32,000 bases of DNA from Candidatus Saccharimonadota bacterium (GCF_023585745.1 NZ_CP097762.1:270001-302000); one strand, 5' to 3'; shown: positions 20,587 to 31,315, numbered from the stretch's first letter. Notes: generated by a model not told the origin, from the letters alone. Numbers and translations are program-made.

Positions 20587-23019
20587 ATGAAAAAGATACT
20601 TATAGCATTCTTATTAATCATTAGTAACGCAGGATACAGCGCTGATATTATTGTAAAAAAAATTCTTTTTAATGGATTAAAGAGAATTTCTCCAGATACA
20701 ATATTATGTAATTTACCCATAAAAATAGGACTTCACATTAATGAAGAAAATATTTCGGATAGTATCAAGACATTATTTGCTACAGGATATTTTGAAGAAA
20801 TTACTATTTCTAAAGAAATAGAAGATGATGGCGTTCTTTTAATCCAAGTAAAAGAACGACCTATAATTAATAATATTAATATCAATGGGAATAAATTAAT
20901 TAAAAATGATGTAATAAAAAACATACTGAATTCAAAAAAAATAAAAATAGGAGAACCATTTAATGAACATTCCATTTTTGAAGTAAAACAAGAATTAGAA
21001 AAATTTTATCACCACTTTGGAAAATTTTTATCAGTAATTAAAATAGAAAATAAACCTATCTCCAATAATCGTGTTGATTTGTATATCATATTAACTGAAG
21101 GTAAAACCGCTACAGTAAAACAAATCAATATTTTTGGAAATCATGTATTCAATAAAAAACAATTATTATCACAATTTACATTATATAAACAGACAAAATG
21201 GTGGCATTTTCCATATAAAAAACAATATAAAAAACAGAAATTTTTTCAAGATTTAGATGAGCTACGTAATTTTTATTTAAATCGAGGTTATGCTAAATTC
21301 CATATAGATGAAATACAAATTGATTTAACACCGGATAAAAAAAATGTTTGTCTTTCGATATATATTACTGAAGGCACAACACATACCCTTGATTCTATAG
21401 TACTCAAGGGTAATATAACAAATTTATTTCCAAACATTAAACAACATATAAACATTGCACCAAACGAACTTTATAGTAATAATAAAATTAAAGAAATAGA
21501 ATACAATATACGACATATACTAAACACGCATGGTTACGTTAAACCAAATGTTTCAATAAAATCTGATATTAGCAAAAATAAAACAGTAAAATTATATATA
21601 TATGTTGATACAGGTTATCCTTTTTATGTACGAGAAATTAAACTTGCGGGAAACTACTTCACTAAAGATGAAGTTATCCGCAGAGAAATACATCAAAATG
21701 AACAAACACTACTAAATTACATACACACTATTCAAGATCAAAATAGACTGAAAAAATTACGTTATCTCAAAACTGTAAATGCATATATTACCCCGGTACC
21801 AAACACACTAAACCAAATTGATATCGTTTATGAAATTGATGAACATAATACTGGAAATATAAATTTAAGCCTTGGAATTGGAACAGAAAGCGGATTAAAT
21901 GCCCAATTTGGAATGTACCAAAATAATATATTAGGATCAGGCAATACCATATCTATTAATGGGACTAAGAATTATTATCAAACTTACGCAGAAATATCTG
22001 CTTTAAAGCCATATTATGGCATTAACAATATTAATATAGGAGGAAAAATATTTTACTATGATTTAAACCGAAACAATACAAATTGGTCAGATTATAATTT
22101 AAAAAATTATGGTATTAATATCAACTATGCATATCCAATCACTGAATATAATAAATTTAATATAGGACTAAATTATATATATAATTATCTAAATAAAATA
22201 TCCCCACAAATAGTAGTATGGCGTTACCTAAAATCTACAGGTATTCATTTTAAAACCTCATCAAATTATAATGATATATACCCCGAAAAAACCATTAATT
22301 TCCTTGCAAATGATATTCTGCTGCTATCAGGATGGACGTATGATAACTTAAATCATGCATATTTTCCTACCTCCGGATCAGAAATTACTATATCGAATAT
22401 CTTAACATTACCCAAATCAGACAATAAATATTATAAGATTATAATTAACAACCATAACTATATACCTTTAGACCAACATCAAAATTGGATACTTAAAAAA
22501 TCTATATACGCCGGATATGCTGGTAGTATAAATAAAAAAGAAAGCCCTTTCTACGATAACTTCTATGCTGGTGGTATTGAAACAATTAGAGGATTTAAAC
22601 TAAACAGTATTGGACCAAAAGCCGCATATTATCGCTGTAATAACTCAAATGATGATTATAATCAATGCTCAATAAAAAATTCTCAAGATACGATAGGAGG
22701 TAATGCGATAGCCCTTATACAAACTGAACTGATAGTTCCATTAAAATTTTTAAACAAACAATACTCCGATCTAGCACGAATTTCATTATTTTTAGATGCA
22801 GGTACAGTATGGGATACTCTCTGGAAAAATACAGAAGCTACAAAATCTGCAGGCATTGAAGATTATAGCAACGCAAAAAATATTCGTATATCTGGAGGAA
22901 TATCATTAAAATGGATATCTCCTATTGGACCTGTAATTTTTTCTTATTCAAAATTAATAAAAAAACACTCGGGAGATATAGAAGAACCTTTTCAATTTAG
23001 TATTGGAAAAATATGGTAA
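20587..23019 (+). CDS. bamA: Outer membrane protein assembly factor BamA
   Basis: 810 aa, the same length as E. coli BamA. It has a signal peptide (MKKILIAFLLIISNAGYS/AD) and POTRA-region matches (LLIQVKERP, RVDLYIILTEG, LTPDKK, FYVREIKLAGN). Barrel matches are YQTYAEIS, FYAGGIETIRGF, GGNA and the C-terminal FQFSIGKIW. Confidence 0.97.
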   Translation: MKKILIAFLLIISNAGYSADIIVKKILFNGLKRISPDTILCNLPIKIGLHINEENISDSIKTLFATGYFEEITISKEIEDDGVLLIQVKERPIINNININGNKLIKNDVIKNILNSKKIKIGEPFNEHSIFEVKQELEKFYHHFGKFLSVIKIENKPISNNRVDLYIILTEGKTATVKQINIFGNHVFNKKQLLSQFTLYKQTKWWHFPYKKQYKKQKFFQDLDELRNFYLNRGYAKFHIDEIQIDLTPDKKNVCLSIYITEGTTHTLDSIVLKGNITNLFPNIKQHINIAPNELYSNNKIKEIEYNIRHILNTHGYVKPNVSIKSDISKNKTVKLYIYVDTGYPFYVREIKLAGNYFTKDEVIRREIHQNEQTLLNYIHTIQDQNRLKKLRYLKTVNAYITPVPNTLNQIDIVYEIDEHNTGNINLSLGIGTESGLNAQFGMYQNNILGSGNTISINGTKNYYQTYAEISALKPYYGINNINIGGKIFYYDLNRNNTNWSDYNLKNYGININYAYPITEYNKFNIGLNYIYNYLNKISPQIVVWRYLKSTGIHFKTSSNYNDIYPEKTINFLANDILLLSGWTYDNLNHAYFPTSGSEITISNILTLPKSDNKYYKIIINNHNYIPLDQHQNWILKKSIYAGYAGSINKKESPFYDNFYAGGIETIRGFKLNSIGPKAAYYRCNNSNDDYNQCSIKNSQDTIGGNAIALIQTELIVPLKFLNKQYSDLARISLFLDAGTVWDTLWKNTEATKSAGIEDYSNAKNIRISGGISLKWISPIGPVIFSYSKLIKKHSGDIEEPFQFSIGKIW

Positions 23020-23092
23020 ATATATATGCTATATATATATAATATATAATTAAATAATCAGTTTAATATCATTAAAAGTTAAGGAGTCTACA

Positions 23093-23593
23093 GTGAATAA
23101 GTGGATATATATGTTAAGCGCTATTGTTTGGATCACACAAGTGTTGCCTGCTAATGCTGCAAATAAAATTGCAATAGTAAATGTCTCTAGTGTTTTTCAA
23201 AACTCTTCACAACGCGCTAAAGTTATTAAACAACTCGAGCACGAATTTAAAGAGCGCGCTAACGATCTAGAAAATATGGAAAATGAATTACAACTACAAA
23301 TGCAAACATTGCAACGTGATGGAAACACTATGAAAACAGAAGAACGCAATAAACTAGAAAAATCTCTTATAAGTCAACGTGAAATTTTTACTAATAAAGC
23401 TAAAGAATTCCAGAAAGATAATCACTCACGTCAAACAGAAGAAAGAGATAAAATACTTAACACTATCCATAATTTAGTAACAAATATTGCTAAACAAGAA
23501 AATTACGATATAGTTATCGATTCTAACGCAGTCGTATATAACAATAGTTATATAGCAGATATCACAAATTCTGTAATGAAAAAAATTGGATAA
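23093..23593 (+). CDS. skp: Periplasmic chaperone Skp (OmpH)
   Basis: 166 aa. GTG start at 23093 with AAGGAG at 23081-23086. It has a signal peptide ending [17 protein letters not shown], coiled-coil composition, and a C-terminus [18 protein letters not shown] colinear with E. coli Skp. The position between bamA and lpxD is conserved. Confidence 0.93.
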   Translation: MNKWIYMLSAIVWITQVLPANAANKIAIVNVSSVFQNSSQRAKVIKQLEHEFKERANDLENMENELQLQMQTLQRDGNTMKTEERNKLEKSLISQREIFTNKAKEFQKDNHSRQTEERDKILNTIHNLVTNIAKQENYDIVIDSNAVVYNNSYIADITNSVMKKIG

Positions 23594-23599
23594 ATTATC

Positions 23600-24667
23600 A
23601 TGATACGACTAGATGATTTAGCACAAAAACTAAATGCTCAATTATATGGGGATAAAGATATTATTATTACTGGTATTGCCTCCATAAATAATGCGCAAGC
23701 AGGGCATATAACGTTTTTAAAAGATCAACGCCTTTTAAATCAACTAGATTCCTGTCGTGCATCAGCAATAATATTATCTAAAAATAATTTAATTTTCTGT
23801 AAAATTTCAGCATTAGTAGTAAAAAATCCTTATCTTGCTTATATAAAAACAGCTCAACTAATAGAATCTAATCCTATATTTAACAATCATATCGCATCTG
23901 AAGCAAGTATTGCGTCAGATGCGATATTAGGAAAACGAGTAGGAATCGGCGCCTATGTAACTATAGAATCCGGAGTTATCATAGAAGATGATGTAATTAT
24001 TGGTCCTAATAGCTTCATCGGAAGACATACAAAAATAAGCGCTGGAACACATATATGGGCTAATGTTAGCATACATCACGCAGTAGAAATTGGTAAATTC
24101 TGTCGTATACAATCTGGAACAATTATTGGATCTGATGGTTTCGGATATATAAAAAATCATGGAACATGGATAAAAGTTCCACATTTAGGAAAAGTAAAAA
24201 TTGGAAACAACGTAGAAATAGGTGCATGTACTACTATTGATCGCGGCACACTAGATAATACTAACATTGAAAATGGAGTAATTATTGATAATCAATGCCA
24301 AATAGCACATAATGTTAAAATTGGCGAACATACAGCAATAGCAGGTGGAGTCATTATGGGCGGTAGTTTAACTATCGGAAAAAATTGTATGATAGGTGGA
24401 GCTAGCGTAATAAATGGACATATAAATATCTGTGATAACGTTACAATTACCGGAATGAGCATGGTAATGAGATCTATAACAAAACCAGGTATATATTCAT
24501 CAGGTATTCCTGTGCAACCTAACACGACATGGTGGAAGACTGCTGCTTTAATTATACGTATACATAAAATAAATAAACGTATAAAAACTATAGAACAACA
24601 CATTAAAAAACTATTTTTTCTATTACAAAGCAATAAAAATAATTTTTTATTCATCCTGTTAGGATAA
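23600..24667 (+). CDS. lpxD: UDP-3-O-acylglucosamine N-acyltransferase
   Basis: 355 aa. Matching stretches: [27 protein letters not shown], hexapeptide repeats, [47 protein letters not shown]. It carries roughly 15 extra C-terminal residues relative to E. coli LpxD (341 aa). Confidence 0.96.
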   Translation: MIRLDDLAQKLNAQLYGDKDIIITGIASINNAQAGHITFLKDQRLLNQLDSCRASAIILSKNNLIFCKISALVVKNPYLAYIKTAQLIESNPIFNNHIASEASIASDAILGKRVGIGAYVTIESGVIIEDDVIIGPNSFIGRHTKISAGTHIWANVSIHHAVEIGKFCRIQSGTIIGSDGFGYIKNHGTWIKVPHLGKVKIGNNVEIGACTTIDRGTLDNTNIENGVIIDNQCQIAHNVKIGEHTAIAGGVIMGGSLTIGKNCMIGGASVINGHINICDNVTITGMSMVMRSITKPGIYSSGIPVQPNTTWWKTAALIIRIHKINKRIKTIEQHIKKLFFLLQSNKNNFLFILLG

Positions 24668-24675
24668 AACAGGAT
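24653..24675 (+). other. 8-bp stem / 7-nt loop hairpin enclosing the lpxD stop codon
   Basis: ATCCTGTT (24653-24660) pairs with AACAGGAT (24668-24675). The loop AGGATAA contains the TAA stop (24665-24667). The stem has three G-C pairs in an otherwise A/T-rich context. No U-tract follows, so it is not a canonical intrinsic terminator. Confidence 0.4.
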
Positions 24676-24717
24676 TCATGTTGTAAATACAACTTTTATC
24701 TTACACAGGAATACATT

Positions 24718-25173
24718 TTGATTACCAATGATTGTATTTTACATATTGAAGAAGTTTTAGAACTGTTACCACATAGATTCCCATTTTTATTAATTGATCG
24801 TGTATTAAAATTTGAAAAAGGAAAATTTTTAAGAGCAATAAAAAACGTATCTTTTAATGAACCATTTTTTCAAGGTCATTTTCCGGGGAAACCTATCTTT
24901 CCAGGAGTGTTAATCTTAGAAGCTATGGCTCAGGCTACCGGTATCTTAGCTTTTAAAAGTACAGGGAAATTAGCTCCAGGAGAATTATATTATTTTGCAG
25001 CTATAGACGCAGCACGATTTAAACGTCCAGTGCAACCAGGAGATCAAATGATCCTTGATGTTGAATTTATCAAGGAAAGACGCGGAGTCGCACGTTTTAA
25101 AGGTATTGCTACAGTAAATAAAAAAATGGCCTGTGAAGCATCAATGATGTGTGCTCGCAGAAAGGAAATCTAA
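24718..25173 (+). CDS. fabZ: 3-hydroxyacyl-ACP dehydratase FabZ
   Basis: 151 aa, the same length as E. coli FabZ, with a TTG start at 24718 and AGGA at 24707-24710. [16 protein letters not shown] and [35 protein letters not shown] are near-identical to E. coli. Confidence 0.96.
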   Translation: MITNDCILHIEEVLELLPHRFPFLLIDRVLKFEKGKFLRAIKNVSFNEPFFQGHFPGKPIFPGVLILEAMAQATGILAFKSTGKLAPGELYYFAAIDAARFKRPVQPGDQMILDVEFIKERRGVARFKGIATVNKKMACEASMMCARRKEI

Positions 25174-25177
25174 ATAA

Positions 25178-25969
25178 ATGGTTAATAATTCCTCTACTAT
25201 AATACACCCTAGTTCCATAATAGAAAACGGCGCCATTATCCATGATAATGTACATATTGGACCATTTTGTTTTATCGGCGCACAAGTCGAAATAGGAGCG
25301 CGCACTTTACTAAAATCCCATATTGTAATTAATGGAATTACTTATATAGGAGAAGACAACAAAATTTATCAGTTCGCCTCACTTGGAGAAATAAATCAAG
25401 ATTTAAAGTACGCTAAAGAACCAACCCGTATAGAAATTGGTCACTATAATCAAATTAGAGAAAACGTTACTATCCATCGCGGCACAATACAGGGAAAACA
25501 AGTTACTAAAATAGGTAACAATAATTTATTTATGATAAACGTACATATCGCGCATGATTGTGTAATAGGGGATCATTGTGTATTAGCTAATAATGTTACC
25601 TTAGGAGGGCACGTACGAATAGACAGTCACACTATTATCGGGGGAATGACTGCAATTCATCAATTTTGCCTCATAGGAGCGCATGTTATGATCGGCGGAT
25701 GCTCTGGAGTGACACAAGATATTCCTCCATTTATAATAGCACAAGGCAATCACGCTACTCCTTTTGGATTAAATATTGAAGGATTAAAAAGAAGAGGTTT
25801 TAATAGAGCTACTATACACGCTATTCGAGATGCTTATAAAATTTTATATCGTAGTAATAAAACGATTGAAGGAGCAAAAATAGCTTTAAAAAGGCTCGCT
25901 GTGGAACACCCTATCATTAATGAATTTATAGAGTTTCTCAAAAGATCTCAAAGAGGAATTATTCGTTAA
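25178..25969 (+). CDS. lpxA: UDP-N-acetylglucosamine O-acyltransferase
   Basis: 263 aa. Matching stretches: [96 protein letters not shown]. It starts 4 bp after fabZ. Confidence 0.97.
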   Translation: MVNNSSTIIHPSSIIENGAIIHDNVHIGPFCFIGAQVEIGARTLLKSHIVINGITYIGEDNKIYQFASLGEINQDLKYAKEPTRIEIGHYNQIRENVTIHRGTIQGKQVTKIGNNNLFMINVHIAHDCVIGDHCVLANNVTLGGHVRIDSHTIIGGMTAIHQFCLIGAHVMIGGCSGVTQDIPPFIIAQGNHATPFGLNIEGLKRRGFNRATIHAIRDAYKILYRSNKTIEGAKIALKRLAVEHPIINEFIEFLKRSQRGIIR

Positions 25970-27127
25970 ATGATTGTTCATAGTAAACATCGACCAATCA
26001 TGATAGGAATGGTAGCGGGTGAAATGTCCGGAGATTTTTTAGGAGCAGGATTAATTAAAGAATTAAAAAAACACCTAAAAAACGTATATTTCTTTGGAAT
26101 AGGCGGCGCTAAAATGCAATCTGAGAATATGCAATCTTGGTATAATATAGAAGAACTATCTATAATAGGCATTATTGAAATTTTAACTAAAATACCCAAA
26201 ATACTATATATCCGAAAAAATATAATTAGAAAATTTATACAACTAAAAATTGATATTTTCATCGGCATTGATTCTCCAGACTTTAATATTACTTTAGAAA
26301 AAAAATTAAAAGCTCATGGAATTCATACCGTCCATTATGTTAGCCCATCAATATGGGCTTGGAGGAAAAATCGTATTTTTAAGTTAAAAAAAGCAATCGA
26401 TAAAATTCTAGTACTCCTACCGTTTGAAAAAAAAATATATGATCAATACAAAATACCATGTCATTTTGTTGGACACTCTCTTGCAGATCATATACCATTA
26501 ATCCCTGATAAAATTACAGCACGTCAAAAACTTGGTATTCCTATAAATGCACGTTGCTTAGTATTATTACCCGGCAGTAGAATTACAGAAATAAAAATGT
26601 TAACTCCCGATTTTTTAACATGCGCCAAATTATTAAAATATCATTACCCTGATCTAAAAATTTTAGTGCCATTAAATACTCAAAAATCCATTAAAAAATT
26701 TATTGATATTTCGGAAAACTCTATTAAATGTCGTGTACTATATACTCAAAAAACATGGGAAATCATAATGGCAGCTGATGTTGCTCTAGTAGCATCTGGA
26801 ACAGCCACCCTAGAATGTATGTTGGTTAAATGTCCTATGGTCGTAGCGTATCGCATTAATCCATTAACATTTATGTTAATTAAATACTTAATAAAGGTTC
26901 CATGGATATCACTTCCTAATCTATTAGCAAATTGTGAATTGGTAAAAGAATTTATCCAACACGATTGTAAGCCAAAAAAATTAACCGAAACATTAATAGA
27001 TTTATTAAATAATAATAATACACCACAACAAGTGATATTAAAAAATAAATTTACTCAAATACATTATTATATAAAATGTAATGCAAATAAATTAGCTGCT
27101 AAAACTATTTTAGAATTAATTAAATAA
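25970..27127 (+). CDS. lpxB: Lipid-A-disaccharide synthase
   Basis: 385 aa. The ATG directly abuts the lpxA TAA (TAAATG). Matching stretches: AGEMSGDFLGAGLIKELK, GIDSPDFNITLEKKLK, HYVSPSIWAWRKNRIFK, LPFEK, LLPGSR, ASGTATLECMLVKCPMVVAY, SLPNLLA. Confidence 0.96.
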   Translation: MIVHSKHRPIMIGMVAGEMSGDFLGAGLIKELKKHLKNVYFFGIGGAKMQSENMQSWYNIEELSIIGIIEILTKIPKILYIRKNIIRKFIQLKIDIFIGIDSPDFNITLEKKLKAHGIHTVHYVSPSIWAWRKNRIFKLKKAIDKILVLLPFEKKIYDQYKIPCHFVGHSLADHIPLIPDKITARQKLGIPINARCLVLLPGSRITEIKMLTPDFLTCAKLLKYHYPDLKILVPLNTQKSIKKFIDISENSIKCRVLYTQKTWEIIMAADVALVASGTATLECMLVKCPMVVAYRINPLTFMLIKYLIKVPWISLPNLLANCELVKEFIQHDCKPKKLTETLIDLLNNNNTPQQVILKNKFTQIHYYIKCNANKLAAKTILELIK

Positions 27128-27797
27128 GTCTAAAATACTTTATTAAAAATATAAACTATTATCTAATAAAGAAAATTGAATTTGATTAAATCACTATAAA
27201 TAATTTCAGTAATAAACAAAATAAAATCTGAAGATTTATCTAAAATGCGTAATAACTACACAATAATATTAAACCCAAGAACTAATTTTGCATTATAGTT
27301 AGTTCACACATTAGATAAACATACAAAATTAAATTAAATAATATAAAAATATTTACTCTCTTAGAGAGATAAAATCCTAATATCAATAAAAATTGATAAA
27401 TTAAACACTTCATAAATAAAATTGATTTTTGTACGCAACAAATTATATATAATGTAACTATAAAACTAAATCTAGTTCTAATTAATAGATATTGTATTAA
27501 TACTGAATATAACTAACTTATATTAAGGTTAGATACACTTATTCACGAAAAAAACAAAATAATTTTACTATATTAAAATTATATAAGATATAAATATAAT
27601 TATATTATATATACAATATATAAAATATAGACTTTTCACAAAAAAAATATTTTCTAATTATTTTGAATTCAAAAAAATAAATACTACAATAGAACTAATG
27701 ATTGTTGAATAACAATTTTCATAAGAAATATATAATTAACATAAAAATATACTATATTTAGACAATTAAGCATAATTTCTATTCAAATTATTAACAA

Positions 27798-30700
27798 ATG
27801 AAAAATACACGTTTTATCCATCTGCATACACATAGCGATTACTCTTTGATCGATGGAGTGTCTACAATTAAAAAATTAATAAATAAAGTTGCATCTCTAA
27901 ACATGCCCGCATTAGCTCTCACCGACTTTAATAATTTATTCGGATGCATTAAATTTTACGATCTTGCACACACATTCGGAATTAAACCTATCATAGGTGC
28001 AGATTTTTTAATAAAAGATAATGATTACAATAACATTGTACTCAATGAGTTAACCTGTTTAACTACTAATAAACAAGGTTTTTATCATTTAATTGCACTT
28101 ATTTCAAAATCTTACAAAAATAGACGTAACAATATTACGCCTACAATTCAACGAAATTGGCTTACAACGTATAACGCAGGACTAATTATATTATCCGGTG
28201 GATGCAGAGGCGATATTGGGCAAGCTTTATTAAAAAAGGAAAAATTAAAAATAGAACAATACGTAAATTTTTATAAAAAATACTTTCCAAATAGATTCTA
28301 TTTGGAATTAATACGTACTCATAGAAAACATGAAGAGACGTATTTACAAGAAGCAATAGAATTATCAATTAATAAAAATTTACCAGTTGTCGCTACTAAT
28401 GATATACGATTTGTTGAAAAAGAAGATTTTTTAGCACATGAGATCCGAGTAGCTATTCATAATGGAATAACTCTAAATAATTCTCAACACTCTTCTAAAT
28501 ACAGTAACCAACAATTTATGAAGAGCGAGAAAGAAATGTGTGAATTATTCTCTGATATTCCAGAATCTTTAGAAAACAGTGTAGAAATTGCCTATAAATG
28601 TAACGTTACTTTAAAATTAAAAGGATCTTTTTTACCTAAATTTCCTAATAATGATAATCAATCTACTACAGATTTACTCATTGCGCAAGCAAAAAAAGGA
28701 TTAGAAACTCGACTAATTTGCCTGTTTCCAAATTCTACGGAACGTCATGCGAAAAGAAAACCTTATGATTTAAGATTAAAACATGAACTAAAAGTAATTA
28801 ATGATATGGGATTGCCTGGATATTTTTTAATCGTTATGGAATTTATAATATGGGCTAAAAATCACGCTATACCAGTAGGTCCAGGTAGAGGGTCTGGAGC
28901 AAGTTCATTGGTAGCTTATGCTTTAAGAATCACAGAACTTGATCCATTAAAATTTGATTTACTATTTGAACGTTTTCTAAATCCAGAACGTATATCTATG
29001 CCTGATCTAGACATTGATTTTTGCATGGAACACCGAGATTTAGTGATTGAACATGTTATTAACACTTATGGAGCTGAATCTGTATCTCAAATCATTACAT
29101 TCGGGACTATGGCTGCCAAAGCGGTAATCCGAGACGTAGGACGTGTGTTAGGTCATTCATATGCATTTGTCAATAATATTGCTAAATTAATCCCATTAGA
29201 ATTCGGAATAACATTAAAAAAAGCTTTTTCTATAGAACCCCAACTAATATCACTTTATAATAATAATGAAGATGTAAAAAATTTAATTGATATTGCTTCT
29301 CAATTAGAGGGTATTGTAAGAAATATAAGTAAACATGCTGGAGGACTAGTAATAGCTCCTACAAAAATCACTGATTTTTCCCCTTTATACTATGATAAAG
29401 ATAGTAATCATTCAATGACTCAATTTGATAAAAATGACATAGAGCGCATTGGTTTAATAAAATTTGATTTTCTCGGGCTACGTACTTTAACGATTATTAA
29501 TAATACATTAAAAATAATTAACAACAACGTACATATACATCAAAAAAAAACTGCTCTTGATATATATACAATACCACTAAACGATCAAAAAAGTTTTTCT
29601 ATGTTACAATCCGCCGAAACTACTGCAGTATTTCAATTAGAATCACGCGGAATAAAAGAACTTATTAAACGTTTAAAACCTGATTGTTTTGAAGATTTAA
29701 TAGCATTAATTGCATTATATCGACCTGGACCATTACAATCCGGTATGGTAGACAATTTTATCAATAGAAAACACGGTCACGAAAAAATTTATTACCCGGA
29801 TTACCAATGGGAACACAAAATCCTACGACCAGTATTAGAATCTACTTATGGGATTATATTATATCAAGAACAAGTTATGCAGATAGCGCAAGTACTAGCA
29901 AATTACACACTTGGTCATGCAGATATACTAAGACGAGCTATTGGTAAAAAAAAACCTGCAGATATGGAAAAACAACGCGCTATTTTCAGAGCTGGGGCTA
30001 TAAAAAATGGTATAAATAGCACATTAGCAATGAAAATTTTTAATTTGGTCGAAAAATTTGCTGGATACGGTTTCAACAAGTCTCATTCTGCTGCATATGC
30101 ATTACTTTCATATCAAACATTATGGCTGAAAACACATTATCCCGCCGAATTCATGGCAGCAGTATTAAGTGCTGATATGGATAACTTAAATAAAATAGCG
30201 CACTTAATAAGTGAATGTAAAAAAATGAAACTGACCGTTTTACCCCCAAATATCAATACTAGTCAATATCAATTTCATGTTAATAAAAACAAAGAAATTG
30301 TGTACGGATTCGGAGCTATCAAAGGTTTAGGCAATACTTCTATAGACACTATAATAACATCTCGTAACCAAGACGGAAATTTTACAGGATTATCTAATTT
30401 ATGTGAACGTATTAATAATAAAAAAATAAATCATCGTATTTTTGAAAAACTAATTTTTTCTGGAGCTTGTGATACTTTCAAAATACATCGGTCTACCTTA
30501 GTAAATTCTCTACATAATACACTAAAATATGCTAATCAGCATAATTGGGAAATAAAAAATAAACAATCCAACATATTTGAAAAAAATATAAAAAATATCG
30601 ATCTAACAAATATTAAACATTACACTCAAACGACATCAATCTATTCCAATCAAATACTTCTAAAAAAAGAAAAAGAAATGCTTGGATTATATTTAACCCA

Positions 30701-31304
30701 TCACCCTACCGTACAATATAAAAAAATGATAAAACCTTTTTTACCAAATATCATTGATATTTCCAATATTAAATATATACAACCAAATAAAGAAATATAT
30801 ATTTTTGGGCTATTAACATCAATTAAAACAAAATTAAATAATAAAAAAAAACATATTATATTTGGTGTAATAGAAGATCACTCTGAAAAAACAGAAATAA
30901 TAATATTTGAAAAAATACTTGATAAATATCAGCATTGTTTAAAAGAAAACAATTTTCTACTTGTTAAAGGAATCACTAAAACACATAAAATATATAATAA
31001 TTGTGCAATAATTGCGCAAAAATTACAAGATATCGATGATATTTATAAAAAACATGCAACTAGTTTATCTATTATACTACAAGAAAAAAATACTAACATT
31101 CAATTATTAAATAATATTCGATTTTTTTTAGAAAAAAATCGATTTGGAACATTACCAATATATTTTCTCTATCAAAAAAATAATATACAAATAAGATTAT
31201 GTTGCGGAACACAATGGTATATTACTCTTAATAATCAATTATTAATTAACTTATGCAATCTTATTGGGGACAAACACGTTAAATTAGAATTTAATAATTG
31301 TTGA
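27798..31304 (+). CDS. dnaE: DNA polymerase III alpha subunit
   Basis: 1168 aa against 1160 aa in E. coli. PHP motif: [15 protein letters not shown]. Also [31 protein letters not shown], catalytic aspartates in MPDLDIDF and [56 protein letters not shown]. Ends with a TGA stop. Confidence 0.98.
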   Translation: MKNTRFIHLHTHSDYSLIDGVSTIKKLINKVASLNMPALALTDFNNLFGCIKFYDLAHTFGIKPIIGADFLIKDNDYNNIVLNELTCLTTNKQGFYHLIALISKSYKNRRNNITPTIQRNWLTTYNAGLIILSGGCRGDIGQALLKKEKLKIEQYVNFYKKYFPNRFYLELIRTHRKHEETYLQEAIELSINKNLPVVATNDIRFVEKEDFLAHEIRVAIHNGITLNNSQHSSKYSNQQFMKSEKEMCELFSDIPESLENSVEIAYKCNVTLKLKGSFLPKFPNNDNQSTTDLLIAQAKKGLETRLICLFPNSTERHAKRKPYDLRLKHELKVINDMGLPGYFLIVMEFIIWAKNHAIPVGPGRGSGASSLVAYALRITELDPLKFDLLFERFLNPERISMPDLDIDFCMEHRDLVIEHVINTYGAESVSQIITFGTMAAKAVIRDVGRVLGHSYAFVNNIAKLIPLEFGITLKKAFSIEPQLISLYNNNEDVKNLIDIASQLEGIVRNISKHAGGLVIAPTKITDFSPLYYDKDSNHSMTQFDKNDIERIGLIKFDFLGLRTLTIINNTLKIINNNVHIHQKKTALDIYTIPLNDQKSFSMLQSAETTAVFQLESRGIKELIKRLKPDCFEDLIALIALYRPGPLQSGMVDNFINRKHGHEKIYYPDYQWEHKILRPVLESTYGIILYQEQVMQIAQVLANYTLGHADILRRAIGKKKPADMEKQRAIFRAGAIKNGINSTLAMKIFNLVEKFAGYGFNKSHSAAYALLSYQTLWLKTHYPAEFMAAVLSADMDNLNKIAHLISECKKMKLTVLPPNINTSQYQFHVNKNKEIVYGFGAIKGLGNTSIDTIITSRNQDGNFTGLSNLCERINNKKINHRIFEKLIFSGACDTFKIHRSTLVNSLHNTLKYANQHNWEIKNKQSNIFEKNIKNIDLTNIKHYTQTTSIYSNQILLKKEKEMLGLYLTHHPTVQYKKMIKPFLPNIIDISNIKYIQPNKEIYIFGLLTSIKTKLNNKKKHIIFGVIEDHSEKTEIIIFEKILDKYQHCLKENNFLLVKGITKTHKIYNNCAIIAQKLQDIDDIYKKHATSLSIILQEKNTNIQLLNNIRFFLEKNRFGTLPIYFLYQKNNIQIRLCCGTQWYITLNNQLLINLCNLIGDKHVKLEFNNC

Positions 31305-31315
31305 GACTAGACTAT

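Noticed and set aside
23020-23075. TA-rich low-complexity stretches after bamA and in the lpxB-dnaE spacer (about 27570-27630), considered as a microsatellite or repeat array.
   Set aside because: These are irregular TA/TAA runs without a defined repeat unit or spacer structure, which is typical compositional drift.
24292-24654. 120-aa ORF antisense to lpxD, the longest shadow ORF in the window.
   Set aside because: Hexapeptide-repeat (left-handed beta-helix) genes commonly leave long open antisense frames. There is no start context, no recognisable family, and it is fully embedded in lpxD.
74-28368. Short track ORFs lying antisense within annotated genes: 74-343(-), 1093-1299(-), 2401-2673(-), 5801-6016(+), 13198-13407(-), 15589-15870(-), 16215-16427(-), 17967-18158(-), 19876-20061(-), 20323-20529(-), 20733-20975(-), 23927-24184(-), 25978-26268(-), 28186-28368(-).
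   Set aside because: All lie entirely inside strongly supported conserved genes on the opposite strand. Their translations are low-complexity and I/F/L/K-rich with no recognisable motifs. At 60-96 aa they are within what open antisense frames produce by chance.
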